From Candidatus Levybacteria bacterium RIFCSPHIGHO2_02_FULL_40_18 (GTDB taxonomy: Bacteria > Patescibacteriota > Microgenomatia > Levybacterales > GWA1-39-11), in contig MFOC01000007.1 in NCBI GenBank assembly GCA_001782235.1, positions 315,909 to 379,908 on the forward strand: a DNA stretch of 64,000 bases, read 5' to 3'. A model generated the notes under the pieces. That model was not told the DNA's origin, made no database searches, and worked only from the letters and a program-made list of their open reading frames with translations. This document shows, piece after piece, positions 55,930-64,000 of this stretch; position 1 is the stretch's first letter; the number at the start of each line of letters is the position of its first letter. Position numbers and translations under genes: made by a program.

Positions 55930-56817
55930 ATGTTCGGATTTCTAAAACATCTATTAATTCCTCATGAGAAAAATAATCACAGAGCAAAGCTCCTTCATAA
56001 TTCAAGCCTCGCTACAATTCTTTCGCTGTTTCTTATCTTAAATTTTGCTTGGTACTTAATCAGCGCATTAAGGCCGGATGTTTTAGGTGTTTCCTACTCA
56101 ATTTCGGAGAGCGAACTGCTTGAATTAGTAAATAAGGAGAGAGGCCAAAATGGGCGTGCCCCGCTGACATTAAACCCTCAGTTGTCGGATGCCGCAAGAA
56201 GAAAAGCAGCAGATATGCTTGAGAAAAATTATTGGGCCCATTTTTCTCCGGACGGATCAACTTCTCCCTGGGGATTCATACGTGCGGCAGGATACAATTA
56301 TGTTCATGCCGGAGAGAATTTGGCACGCGGCTTTACGGATTCGTCAGCAGTAGTCACTGCCTGGATGGCCTCCCAATCTCACCGCGACAACATCTTGGCA
56401 GACAAATATCGCGATGTTGGATTTGCTATAGTGCCGGGGACATTAAACGGGGAAGAAACGGTCTTGATTGTGGAGATGTTTGGATCATCCGTGTCGCCAT
56501 TTATAGCTACTGTTTCATCAAATGAAGAAGTAAAGCAAGTATCCACCGAATCCGCTCCTCTATCTTCTTCCCCATCGGGCACTGCCATTGAAAACCCCAC
56601 AAAACTTCTCGCAGCGCCCAAGATAGACTCAAGAATTACATCAAGAGCTATCTCAACAGTTGGCTTGACATTCCTGGCTTTTGCGTTTATTACGGATCTT
56701 GTTATTGTTGAAAGAAAAAAGATTCCAAGAATTGTAGGTCATAATCTTGATCATATAATATTAATAGTTGGGTTTCTATTATTTGTTATATTACAGAGAA
56801 GTGGAAGCATTTTATGA
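55930..56817 (+). CDS. CAP (SCP) domain protein
   Basis: LVNKER, L.DAA..KA.DM....YWAH, AGENLA.G, WM.S.SHR.NIL. Confidence 0.92.
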   Translation: MFGFLKHLLIPHEKNNHRAKLLHNSSLATILSLFLILNFAWYLISALRPDVLGVSYSISESELLELVNKERGQNGRAPLTLNPQLSDAARRKAADMLEKNYWAHFSPDGSTSPWGFIRAAGYNYVHAGENLARGFTDSSAVVTAWMASQSHRDNILADKYRDVGFAIVPGTLNGEETVLIVEMFGSSVSPFIATVSSNEEVKQVSTESAPLSSSPSGTAIENPTKLLAAPKIDSRITSRAISTVGLTFLAFAFITDLVIVERKKIPRIVGHNLDHIILIVGFLLFVILQRSGSIL

Positions 56818-57080
56818 TTTTGGAAAGAATCCCACACCAATTATACTATTTACTCGAGCTTTTAGCCTTAACTTTAGGTTTTTTCTTAGTTTTTTTACTT
56901 TCTACAAACTTTATACTTCAATTATTGACAATTGGCATAATGTTGTCTTTGTACACACTTATTGGAATAGTGCACCATAAGATTCATCACACTCTCAAAC
57001 TTAAAGTTGTGGTAGAATATATACTTGTAAGTGCAGTCCTATTTGCTGCATTTTTGTTTCTAAACATAAGCAAATTCTAA
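56814..57080 (+). CDS. Small membrane protein
   Basis: Three hydrophobic segments; GIVHH....L...VV.EY. Confidence 0.75.
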   Translation: MILERIPHQLYYLLELLALTLGFFLVFLLSTNFILQLLTIGIMLSLYTLIGIVHHKIHHTLKLKVVVEYILVSAVLFAAFLFLNISKF

Positions 57081-57090
57081 TAAGTTAGTT

Positions 57091-57171
57091 TGTCATCCTG
57101 AGCCTACAGGCGAAGGATCTTTGTATTAAAAGCGCTCTAGGGCAAGATTCTTCACTACGTTCAGAATGACA
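57091..57171. repeat. Paired palindromic element with TGTCAT...ATGACA termini
   Basis: TGTCATCCTGAGCCTACAGGCGAAGGATCT ... AGATTCTTCACTACGTTCAGAATGACA. Confidence 0.8.
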
Positions 57172-57184
57172 TTATAATGAAAAT

Positions 57185-57922
57185 ATGAAGGGAGTGATAC
57201 TTGCAGGAGGACTTGCTACACGCTTAAGACCACTTACTTGGGTTACTAACAAACATCTTCTGCCCGTATACAACAAGCCGATGATCTATTATCCGCTTGA
57301 GGCGATGGCCCGCGCAGAAGTAAAAGAGGTTCTGCTCACAAGTTCGTCAGATCATTCGGGAGATTTTGAAACACTTCTTAAAAGCGGTGAAGAATTCGGA
57401 CTCCAATTATTTTATGCAGTCCAGGAAAATCCCAAAGGTGGAATTGCGGAGGCTATAATGCTTGCTGAGGAGTTTGCCCAAGGTGAGAGAATCGTTGTAA
57501 TCCTTGGGGATAATATTTTTAACTTTGACCTTAGAAGCGCAAGAGAAAAGTTCGAGAAAAGAGGCGAAGGGGCAATGGTATTTGGAGTTCGCATGCCAAC
57601 AGAGTCAAAGCAATATGGAGTAATTGAAATTGATTCTAGTGGAAAGGTTATTTCAATAGAAGAGAAACCTGAAAAGCCAAAATCTGACATTGCGCAAACT
57701 GGAATATATATGTATGACGAGACTGTTTTTGACAAGATTAAAAACCTCTCTCCCTCTGCACGTGGAGAGATTGAAGTTACGGATCTAAATAACATTTTTG
57801 TTAAAGAGGGAACAGCCATATGTGAATTAATAGACTGGTGGATTGACGCAGGAACATCTCATGATGAGCTGCTTAGGGCAAATAACCTGGTTTACGAGAA
57901 GGTAAAGGCAGGCGAGCTATGA
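57185..57922 (+). CDS. Glucose-1-phosphate thymidylyltransferase (RmlA/SpsI-like)
   Basis: ILAGG.ATRL.PLT...NKHLLPVY.KPMIYYP, LGDNIF, EEKP, SARGE.E.TD, W.DAGT. Confidence 0.93.
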   Translation: MKGVILAGGLATRLRPLTWVTNKHLLPVYNKPMIYYPLEAMARAEVKEVLLTSSSDHSGDFETLLKSGEEFGLQLFYAVQENPKGGIAEAIMLAEEFAQGERIVVILGDNIFNFDLRSAREKFEKRGEGAMVFGVRMPTESKQYGVIEIDSSGKVISIEEKPEKPKSDIAQTGIYMYDETVFDKIKNLSPSARGEIEVTDLNNIFVKEGTAICELIDWWIDAGTSHDELLRANNLVYEKVKAGEL

Positions 57923-58392
57923 TCGAATGTGAGTTTGAAAATGGCAACAAAGCAAATCTTCGACATGTTACAGTAAAGGCACTGACAATTAATGATAGAC
58001 ACGAAGTTCTTCTAACCAAGAGGGCTCCACATTTGTTGAGAGGCGGAAAATACGATATTCCCGGAGGCTTTATGGATCGTGATGAAGATACAAGGGAATG
58101 TGCGCTAAGAGAGTTGTTTGAAGAAACAGGTATTAAAGGGGAGGTCGAATTTCTTTTGAGGATAAATGACAATCCAGAAAGACCAAAAGAAGATAGGCAA
58201 AATGTGGATTTTATATATGTTGTGAAAGCAGTGGAGGGAGAGCTAAGGCTTGATCATGAGGGTATAGAGGTCGGGTGGTTTTCCGAAAAGGATTTACCCT
58301 CAGAAGATAAATTTGCTTTTGATCATCGTGATTCCATCCTCAAATACTTTCAATATTTGAAAGCGCCGTTTGAACTCCCTATAATTGGATAG
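57919..58392 (+). CDS. NUDIX hydrolase
   Basis: PGGF.D.DE....CA.RE..EETG, AFDH. Confidence 0.9.
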   Translation: MIECEFENGNKANLRHVTVKALTINDRHEVLLTKRAPHLLRGGKYDIPGGFMDRDEDTRECALRELFEETGIKGEVEFLLRINDNPERPKEDRQNVDFIYVVKAVEGELRLDHEGIEVGWFSEKDLPSEDKFAFDHRDSILKYFQYLKAPFELPIIG

Positions 58393-58394
58393 GT

Positions 58395-59408
58395 ATGAGA
58401 TTGTTAGTCACCGGTGGAGCTGGATTTATCGGTTCGAATTTTATTCTTTATTGGTTAAAAAACCATCCAGAAGATGAAATTGTAAACTTTGATAAGCTAA
58501 CTTATGCAGGAAACCTTGAGAACTTAAAAAGTATCGAGGGCACTCCGAATTATAAGTTTGTAAAAGGTGATATTGCAAATGCGGATGATGTCGCGGCAGT
58601 AATTCTCGGGATTGATATTGTTGTTCATTTTGCCGCAGAAAGTCATGTTGACCGTTCAATTCATGATTCTGCCCCATTCATCATGACAAACGTCGCCGGG
58701 ACTCAAATTCTCCTTGACGCTGCGCTTAAAAATAATGTTAAAAGGTTCCACCATGTCAGTACGGATGAGGTTTTTGGATCACTAGAATTGAACGATCCGA
58801 ACAAATTTAATGAACGAACAAATTATAACCCCAGAAGTCCTTATTCGGCAAGTAAAGCCGGTTCGGATCATTTGGTTAGTGCTTATTATTATACATACAA
58901 TCTTCCGATTACAATTACAAACTGCTCAAACAATTTCGGTCCGTATCAGTTCCCTGAAAAAATTATTCCTCTTGCAATCACTAATCTTCTTGAAGGAAAA
59001 AAAGTTCCAATATACGGAGATGGTTTGTATGTTCGCGATTGGCTTTATGTGGAGGATCATGTAAAGGCAATCGAAGCGGTTCTTGACAAAGGAAAAATCG
59101 GCGAAACTTATCTTATAGGTGGCATGACAGAAGATATTCCTAACATTGAAGTTGCCAAAAAAATTGTTCGCATTTTAGGAAAATCGGAAGGTGATATTGA
59201 ATTTGTTAAGGATCGTCCCGGACATGACAGGCGTTATGCTATTGATTGGTCAAAAATTAAAAACGAGTTAGGCTGGAAGCCACTCCATGATTTTGACACG
59301 TGGCTTAAGAAAACAGTAGAGTGGTATAAAGAGAATGAAGATTGGTGGAGAGAGGTAAAGAGCGGTGAATATCAGAAGTACTATGAAAAACAGTACAATA
59401 ATAAATAG
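58395..59408 (+). CDS. rfbB: dTDP-glucose 4,6-dehydratase
   Basis: TGGAGFIGSNF, DKLTYAGN, HFAAESHVDRS, STDEV, PYSASKA, RDWLYV.DH, RPGHDRRY. Confidence 0.97.
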   Translation: MRLLVTGGAGFIGSNFILYWLKNHPEDEIVNFDKLTYAGNLENLKSIEGTPNYKFVKGDIANADDVAAVILGIDIVVHFAAESHVDRSIHDSAPFIMTNVAGTQILLDAALKNNVKRFHHVSTDEVFGSLELNDPNKFNERTNYNPRSPYSASKAGSDHLVSAYYYTYNLPITITNCSNNFGPYQFPEKIIPLAITNLLEGKKVPIYGDGLYVRDWLYVEDHVKAIEAVLDKGKIGETYLIGGMTEDIPNIEVAKKIVRILGKSEGDIEFVKDRPGHDRRYAIDWSKIKNELGWKPLHDFDTWLKKTVEWYKENEDWWREVKSGEYQKYYEKQYNNK

Positions 59409-59472
59409 CTATATAGCTTAAATGGTTAAAATAGTTTTAAAACTATTTAGCTATTCAACTATTTAGCTATTT
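59404..59472. repeat. 8/9-nt-period inverted-arm element (family B)
   Basis: AATAGCTATATAGCTTAAATGGTTAAAATAGTT ... AACTATTTAGCTATTCAACTATTTAGCTATT. Confidence 0.8.
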
Positions 59473-59479
59473 TTATATT

Positions 59480-60418
59480 ATGAAGATAGCATTGACTGGG
59501 GCGAGTGGACTTATTGGCTCGCGTTTTTTTGACTTACTCAAAAGTAAATATGAAATTATACCCCTCTCTTCCTCGTATGGCGTGGATATAACCGATAAGA
59601 CTAAGCTAGAGAGATTTTTATCTAACAAAAATCCGGCACTTATTGCTCACATGGCAGCAAAGACAGGCGTTGATAGCTGTGAGCAAGATCGGGAAACCGA
59701 TATCAAAAAGCTAAAAAAAGCTCGAGTCTATATAGAAGATAAAAAATTAGACGTTTTAGCAATAGATCCAACCGAATGGAAGAATGAAGTTTCCGCCTTT
59801 GCAATCAACGTAGTTGGAACCAAAAACCTCTCGGATTATGCTCAAAAAAATGAAATTCCACTAATTTACATCTCTACAGATTTTGTTTTTGACGGAGAAA
59901 AAAACGGCGAGTATACGGAAGAAGACGAGACGAATCCTATTAATTGGTATGGACAAACTAAACTTTGGGGAGAGAAGGTTCTGCCCCAAGAACATTTAAT
60001 AACGAGAACGTCTTACCCTTATGGATATAAATCACAGATAAAGAAAGATTTTATATGGAGCCTTGTGGATCTTATTCAAAGTCAAGATATTGCAAGACTT
60101 GTTTCAGACCAGATTATTACACCGACTTTTATTGACAACATAGTTTACGCACTTGATTTTTTGATAGAGAAAAAAGCGCGAGGTTTATTAAATGTCGTGG
60201 GCAATAACTTTCTCTCGCCATACGAAATAGGCATTGCGATTTCTCGTGAATTTGGCATTCCCGAGATAAAAATTGAGACTGTAACGCGAGAAAAACTATA
60301 TAAAGGTCGAGCGCACCGACCCTTTAAAGTAATGCTTAAAAATGATAAACTTAGGGATCTCGGTTTTGAAATGACCGATTTTTTTGAAACTCTAAAGTTA
60401 ATTAAGAAAGGAATATAG
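59480..60418 (+). CDS. rfbD: dTDP-4-dehydrorhamnose reductase-like SDR
   Basis: TGASGLIG, AA.T.VD.CE, ISTDFVFDG, Y.E.D..NP.NWYG.TK, DQ..TPT. Confidence 0.85.
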   Translation: MKIALTGASGLIGSRFFDLLKSKYEIIPLSSSYGVDITDKTKLERFLSNKNPALIAHMAAKTGVDSCEQDRETDIKKLKKARVYIEDKKLDVLAIDPTEWKNEVSAFAINVVGTKNLSDYAQKNEIPLIYISTDFVFDGEKNGEYTEEDETNPINWYGQTKLWGEKVLPQEHLITRTSYPYGYKSQIKKDFIWSLVDLIQSQDIARLVSDQIITPTFIDNIVYALDFLIEKKARGLLNVVGNNFLSPYEIGIAISREFGIPEIKIETVTREKLYKGRAHRPFKVMLKNDKLRDLGFEMTDFFETLKLIKKGI

Positions 60419-60489
60419 GCTTGTAGGCCCTCTCCTAAAATCCTCTCCCTTGAGGGAAAGGAAAGAAGAAGAAAGGCGGAATGCATATT

Positions 60490-61779
60490 ATGAAAATCGC
60501 TTTTGTTGGTCACGGATATGTCGGACTTGTCACGGCCGCTGTTTTTGCCGATTTTGGAAATGAAGTTTTTGTCATCGGGCATACAAAAAAGAAGGTTGAA
60601 GACTTAAAACGGGGAATAATTCCTTTTTATGAGCCGGGACTTTCAGAATTAGTTAAAAAAAACATAGAGGCAAAAAGATTGAATTTTACACTTGATTACA
60701 CGCCTTCTGTGCCAGAGTCTGATGCCGTATTCATAGCTGTTGGGACTCCTGCAACTCTGACAGGGGACGCAGATTTATCAACGGTTCTTGAGGTTGCGCA
60801 AGAGATAGGAAAAAATCTTGAAGGCTATACTGTGGTTGCAACAAAGAGTACGGTTCCAACGGGGACAAATAAAAAAGTTCAGAAGATTCTTGAGGAGGCA
60901 AAGCCTCGCGGAGCAGAAGTTGACTACGCATCAGTTCCTGAGTTTTTACGCGAGGGAAGCGCGATTTCGGACACCATGAACCCAGATAGAGTTGTCATAG
61001 GGACTGAGTCTGCCCGCGCTCAAGAAGTTTTAATTAAATTACATGAACCAATTGGCGCGCCAATTCTTTTAACCAATTTCGAAACGGCAGAACTTATAAA
61101 ATATGCCTCTAACTCTTTTTTGGCGCTAAAGATTTCCTATGCCAATGCTATAGCAAAACTCTCAGAACTCGTGGGAGCAGATGCTTTAAAAGTTCTCGAG
61201 GGATTAGGTATGGATAAAAGAATTGGTAACATGTTTTTAGCTCCAGGACCGGGGTACGGAGGAAGTTGTTTCCCAAAAGATGTAAAAGCACTTATATCAA
61301 TTGCAAAGGATAATGATTATGCCTTTTCATTACTCGAAGAGGTGGAAAACATAAATCATCAGGCAAGGCGCGACATCGTTCGAAAAGCTCGAAAAATTTT
61401 AGGGGATGTTAGGGGCAAAAAGATTGGGATTTTTGGACTTGCTTTTAAGCCGAACACTGATGATATGAGATATGCTCCAAGCATAGATATAATCACAATG
61501 CTTACGAATGATGGAGCAAAGATAACCGCGTTTGACCCAAAAGCCCACAATAACGCAAAAGACGTTCTATCTAATATAGCTTATGCAGATGATATGTATT
61601 CTGTTTCAGACGATGCGGATCTATTAATCTTGTTAACCGAGTGGAATGAATTTCGCGAGATAAATTTTAATGAAATAAAGAAGCGTATGAAAGCACTTAA
61701 CATTATTGATGGCCGCAATATTTATGACCCTGAGCAACTTCGCGCGCTTGGTTTCAATTATGTGGGAGTTGGTAGATGA
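60490..61779 (+). CDS. ugd: UDP-glucose 6-dehydrogenase
   Basis: G.GYVGL, PFYEPGL, KSTVP.GT, PEFLREG, AELIKY.SN, GYGGSCFPKD, GLAFKP.TDD.R, DGRN. Confidence 0.95.
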   Translation: MKIAFVGHGYVGLVTAAVFADFGNEVFVIGHTKKKVEDLKRGIIPFYEPGLSELVKKNIEAKRLNFTLDYTPSVPESDAVFIAVGTPATLTGDADLSTVLEVAQEIGKNLEGYTVVATKSTVPTGTNKKVQKILEEAKPRGAEVDYASVPEFLREGSAISDTMNPDRVVIGTESARAQEVLIKLHEPIGAPILLTNFETAELIKYASNSFLALKISYANAIAKLSELVGADALKVLEGLGMDKRIGNMFLAPGPGYGGSCFPKDVKALISIAKDNDYAFSLLEEVENINHQARRDIVRKARKILGDVRGKKIGIFGLAFKPNTDDMRYAPSIDIITMLTNDGAKITAFDPKAHNNAKDVLSNIAYADDMYSVSDDADLLILLTEWNEFREINFNEIKKRMKALNIIDGRNIYDPEQLRALGFNYVGVGR

Positions 61780-62732
61780 AAAAGGCATTTATTACAGGGA
61801 TTACTGGCTTTGCGGGAAGTTTTTTGGCCGAACACCTTGTTGGGGAAGGGGAGTATGAAATTTCAGGTACTTACTTGACAGATGGGAGCCTTAAAAATGT
61901 ATCAAACATTCAGTCCAAGGTTAAATTAAATAAAGTAGATCTTCAGGACGCAAGCGCTGTCAAAGCAATAATCACAGAAGTAAAACCAGATTTAATATTT
62001 CATCTGGCTGCTCTAACGGCTCCCGGAGAAAGTTTTGAAAATCCGGGCGAATTCATCACTAATAATATTTTAGCTCAGGTTAACGTGTTTGAGGCAGTAA
62101 GAAGTTCCAAGCTTAAATCAAAAATTCTTATTGTTTCTTCCGCAGAGGTGTATGGAAATGTTAGTCCGCAAGATCTCCCGGTTGATGAGGAGACACGCCT
62201 TTTGCCTGTCAACCCATACGCAGTATCAAAAGTTGCCTGCGATTTTTTGGGCCTGCAATATTTCCTGGCATATAAAATACCGATAATTCGTGTTCGGCCA
62301 TTTAATCACATTGGACCAAGGCAATCTCCGTCTTTTGTTGTTGCTTCTTTTGCCAAGAAAATCGCTGAGATTGAGACAGAAAAGATCGAACCGGTTTTAA
62401 AGGTTGGAAATCTCTTGGCAAAACGCGATTTAACCGATGTTCGTGATACTGTTCGTTCTTATCAACTATTGATTGAGAAAGGAGAGCCAGGCGAGGTTTA
62501 CAATATAGGATCGGGTCGATCTTATGAAATTAAATACCTGTTAGATACGCTTTTATCATTCTCGAGTAAAAAAATAAATGTGGAATCTGATCCGGCGCTT
62601 ATGCGGCCGGTTGATGTTCCGGAACTTGTTTGCGACAACTCAAAGATCAGAAAGCAAACAGGTTGGGAGCCAAAAATTCCAATAGAACAGACAATTCGTG
62701 AGACTCTAGACTATTGGAGAAGCATAGTTTAA
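61776..62732 (+). CDS. GDP-4-keto-6-deoxymannose reductase / Gmd-like NAD-dependent epimerase
   Basis: ITGITGFAGS, FHLAA, SSAEVYG, PYAVSK, R.FNHIGPRQ, RD.TDVRD. Confidence 0.85.
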   Translation: MKKAFITGITGFAGSFLAEHLVGEGEYEISGTYLTDGSLKNVSNIQSKVKLNKVDLQDASAVKAIITEVKPDLIFHLAALTAPGESFENPGEFITNNILAQVNVFEAVRSSKLKSKILIVSSAEVYGNVSPQDLPVDEETRLLPVNPYAVSKVACDFLGLQYFLAYKIPIIRVRPFNHIGPRQSPSFVVASFAKKIAEIETEKIEPVLKVGNLLAKRDLTDVRDTVRSYQLLIEKGEPGEVYNIGSGRSYEIKYLLDTLLSFSSKKINVESDPALMRPVDVPELVCDNSKIRKQTGWEPKIPIEQTIRETLDYWRSIV

Positions 62733-62741
62733 AATAATTGC

Positions 62742-63719
62742 ATGGCAAAAAAGGCTTTAATTACGGGAATTACTGGGCAAGATGGTTCATATCTTGCAGA
62801 ATTTCTGCTTAAAAAGGGGTATAAAGTTTATGGTTTAACTCGTCGTACGAGTACGGTAAATTTTGAAAGAATAAAGCATATTGAGGATCAAATAGAACTT
62901 ATCCAAGGTGACCTTTTAGATCAAGGCTCATTGCACGATGCTTTATATACCACACAACCTGAGGAGGTATATAATCTTGGCGCGCAGTCTTTTGTTAAGA
63001 CTTCCTGGAATCAACCAGTCTTAACAGGCGAGGTAACTGCAATAGGTGTTACTAGAATGCTTGAGGCAATACGGGCGGTTAATCTTAAGATTAAATTTTA
63101 TCAAGCTTCATCCTCTGAAATGTTTGGAAAAGTTACCGAAACCCCACAAAAGGAAACAACCCGTTTCCATCCAAGAAGCCCTTATGGCGTTGCAAAAGTC
63201 TACGGGCATTATATAACCGTAAATTACAGAGAAAGTTATGGTATCTTTGCTTGTTCCGGTATTTGTTTCAATCATGAATCTCCCCGCCGCGGACTTGAAT
63301 TTGTTACGAGGAAAATTAGTCACGGAGTTGCTCGTATTAGTCTTGGTAAGCAAAAGAAAATTGAACTAGGAGATTTAAAACCAAAACGAGATTGGGGATT
63401 TGCAGGCGATTATGTTGAAGCAATGTGGCATATGCTGCAGCAAGACGAGCCCGATGACTATGTGATCGCAACCGGTGAGAATCACAGTGTCGAAGAGTTT
63501 GTAAAACTTGCTTTTGATGTGATTGGAATTAAAAATTGGCAGGATCATGTTGAGCCAAATAAAGAAGCACATATGAGACCGGCAGAAGTAGATTATCTTG
63601 TTGGTGATTATTCAAAGGCAAAAAAGGTATTAGGATGGGAGCCAAAAACGAGCTTCAAAGAACTTGTTCGAATGATGGTTGAGGCAGATATTGAGATGGA
63701 GAAAAAGAACCATTCATAA
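62742..63719 (+). CDS. gmd: GDP-mannose 4,6-dehydratase
   Basis: [57 protein letters not shown]. Confidence 0.97.
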   Translation: MAKKALITGITGQDGSYLAEFLLKKGYKVYGLTRRTSTVNFERIKHIEDQIELIQGDLLDQGSLHDALYTTQPEEVYNLGAQSFVKTSWNQPVLTGEVTAIGVTRMLEAIRAVNLKIKFYQASSSEMFGKVTETPQKETTRFHPRSPYGVAKVYGHYITVNYRESYGIFACSGICFNHESPRRGLEFVTRKISHGVARISLGKQKKIELGDLKPKRDWGFAGDYVEAMWHMLQQDEPDDYVIATGENHSVEEFVKLAFDVIGIKNWQDHVEPNKEAHMRPAEVDYLVGDYSKAKKVLGWEPKTSFKELVRMMVEADIEMEKKNHS

Positions 63720-63786
63720 TTTTCCCCAATTTAAACTACTAGTTGCTCAAATGCTTCAAAAGACGATAGAATAGTTATAAAGCTTT

Positions 63787-64000
63787 ATGAAGGCTGTTGT
63801 TATAATTCCCACTTACAACGAGAGGGGCAATATAGAAAGAATTGTTCCTATTACCGAAGAGGTATTTAAGAAAATAAAGAATTACGAGATGGCAATTCTT
63901 GTTGCAGATGACAACTCGCCTGATGGAACCGCAGAGTTAGTCAAAGATCTCTCCAAAAAATACAACAATATAGAATTATCGCAGGGTGAACGGCAAGGTT
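63787..64000 (+). CDS. GT2 glycosyltransferase (polyprenol-phosphate mannosyltransferase-like), 5' fragment
   Basis: MKAVVIIPTYNERGNI...ILVADDNSPDGT; runs off the window. Confidence 0.88.
   Translation, partial: MKAVVIIPTYNERGNIERIVPITEEVFKKIKNYEMAILVADDNSPDGTAELVKDLSKKYNNIELSQGERQG

Noticed and set aside
12025-59472. Periodic AT-rich tracts as CRISPR arrays
   Set aside because: Units are 6-9 nt and degenerate, with no unique spacers and no cas genes.
624-63572. Numerous 60-150 aa ORFs antisense or out of frame within recognised genes
   Set aside because: They are shadow ORFs with no motifs or independent expression signals.

Overview
Chromosomal window from a small-genome bacterium. Gene content suggests a CPR/Patescibacteria (Microgenomates-like) organism; this is inferred from the class I LysRS, short TsaB, split transketolase and few Shine-Dalgarno sites. 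It is mostly housekeeping: rplM-rpsI, recA-recX, transketolase/glycerate kinase, rny, hup, miaA, rnpB, UvrD, rmuC, topA, tsaD/E/C/B, greA, lysS, serS, secA, prfB, ftsEX and an rml/ugd/gmd sugar cluster. A ~6 kb accessory block lies next to tRNA-Pro(GGG). The most interesting signals are outside the ORF track. (1) Two homologous ~130-nt structured RNA leaders show compensatory base changes; one precedes HU and the other an unannotated 12-aa Arg/Lys micropeptide. (2) Short-period (6-9 nt) repeat elements with inverted arms occur as empty intergenic copies (two are 139/143 identical and 17 kb apart), once flanking a four-helix-bundle gene, and as in-frame inserts in tsaD, tsaE and a TrmH gene. 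(3) Several families of GC-rich palindromes are inserted in frame in topA, secA, serS, uvrD, recX and glycerate kinase. All alignments were made by eye; no database searches were run.
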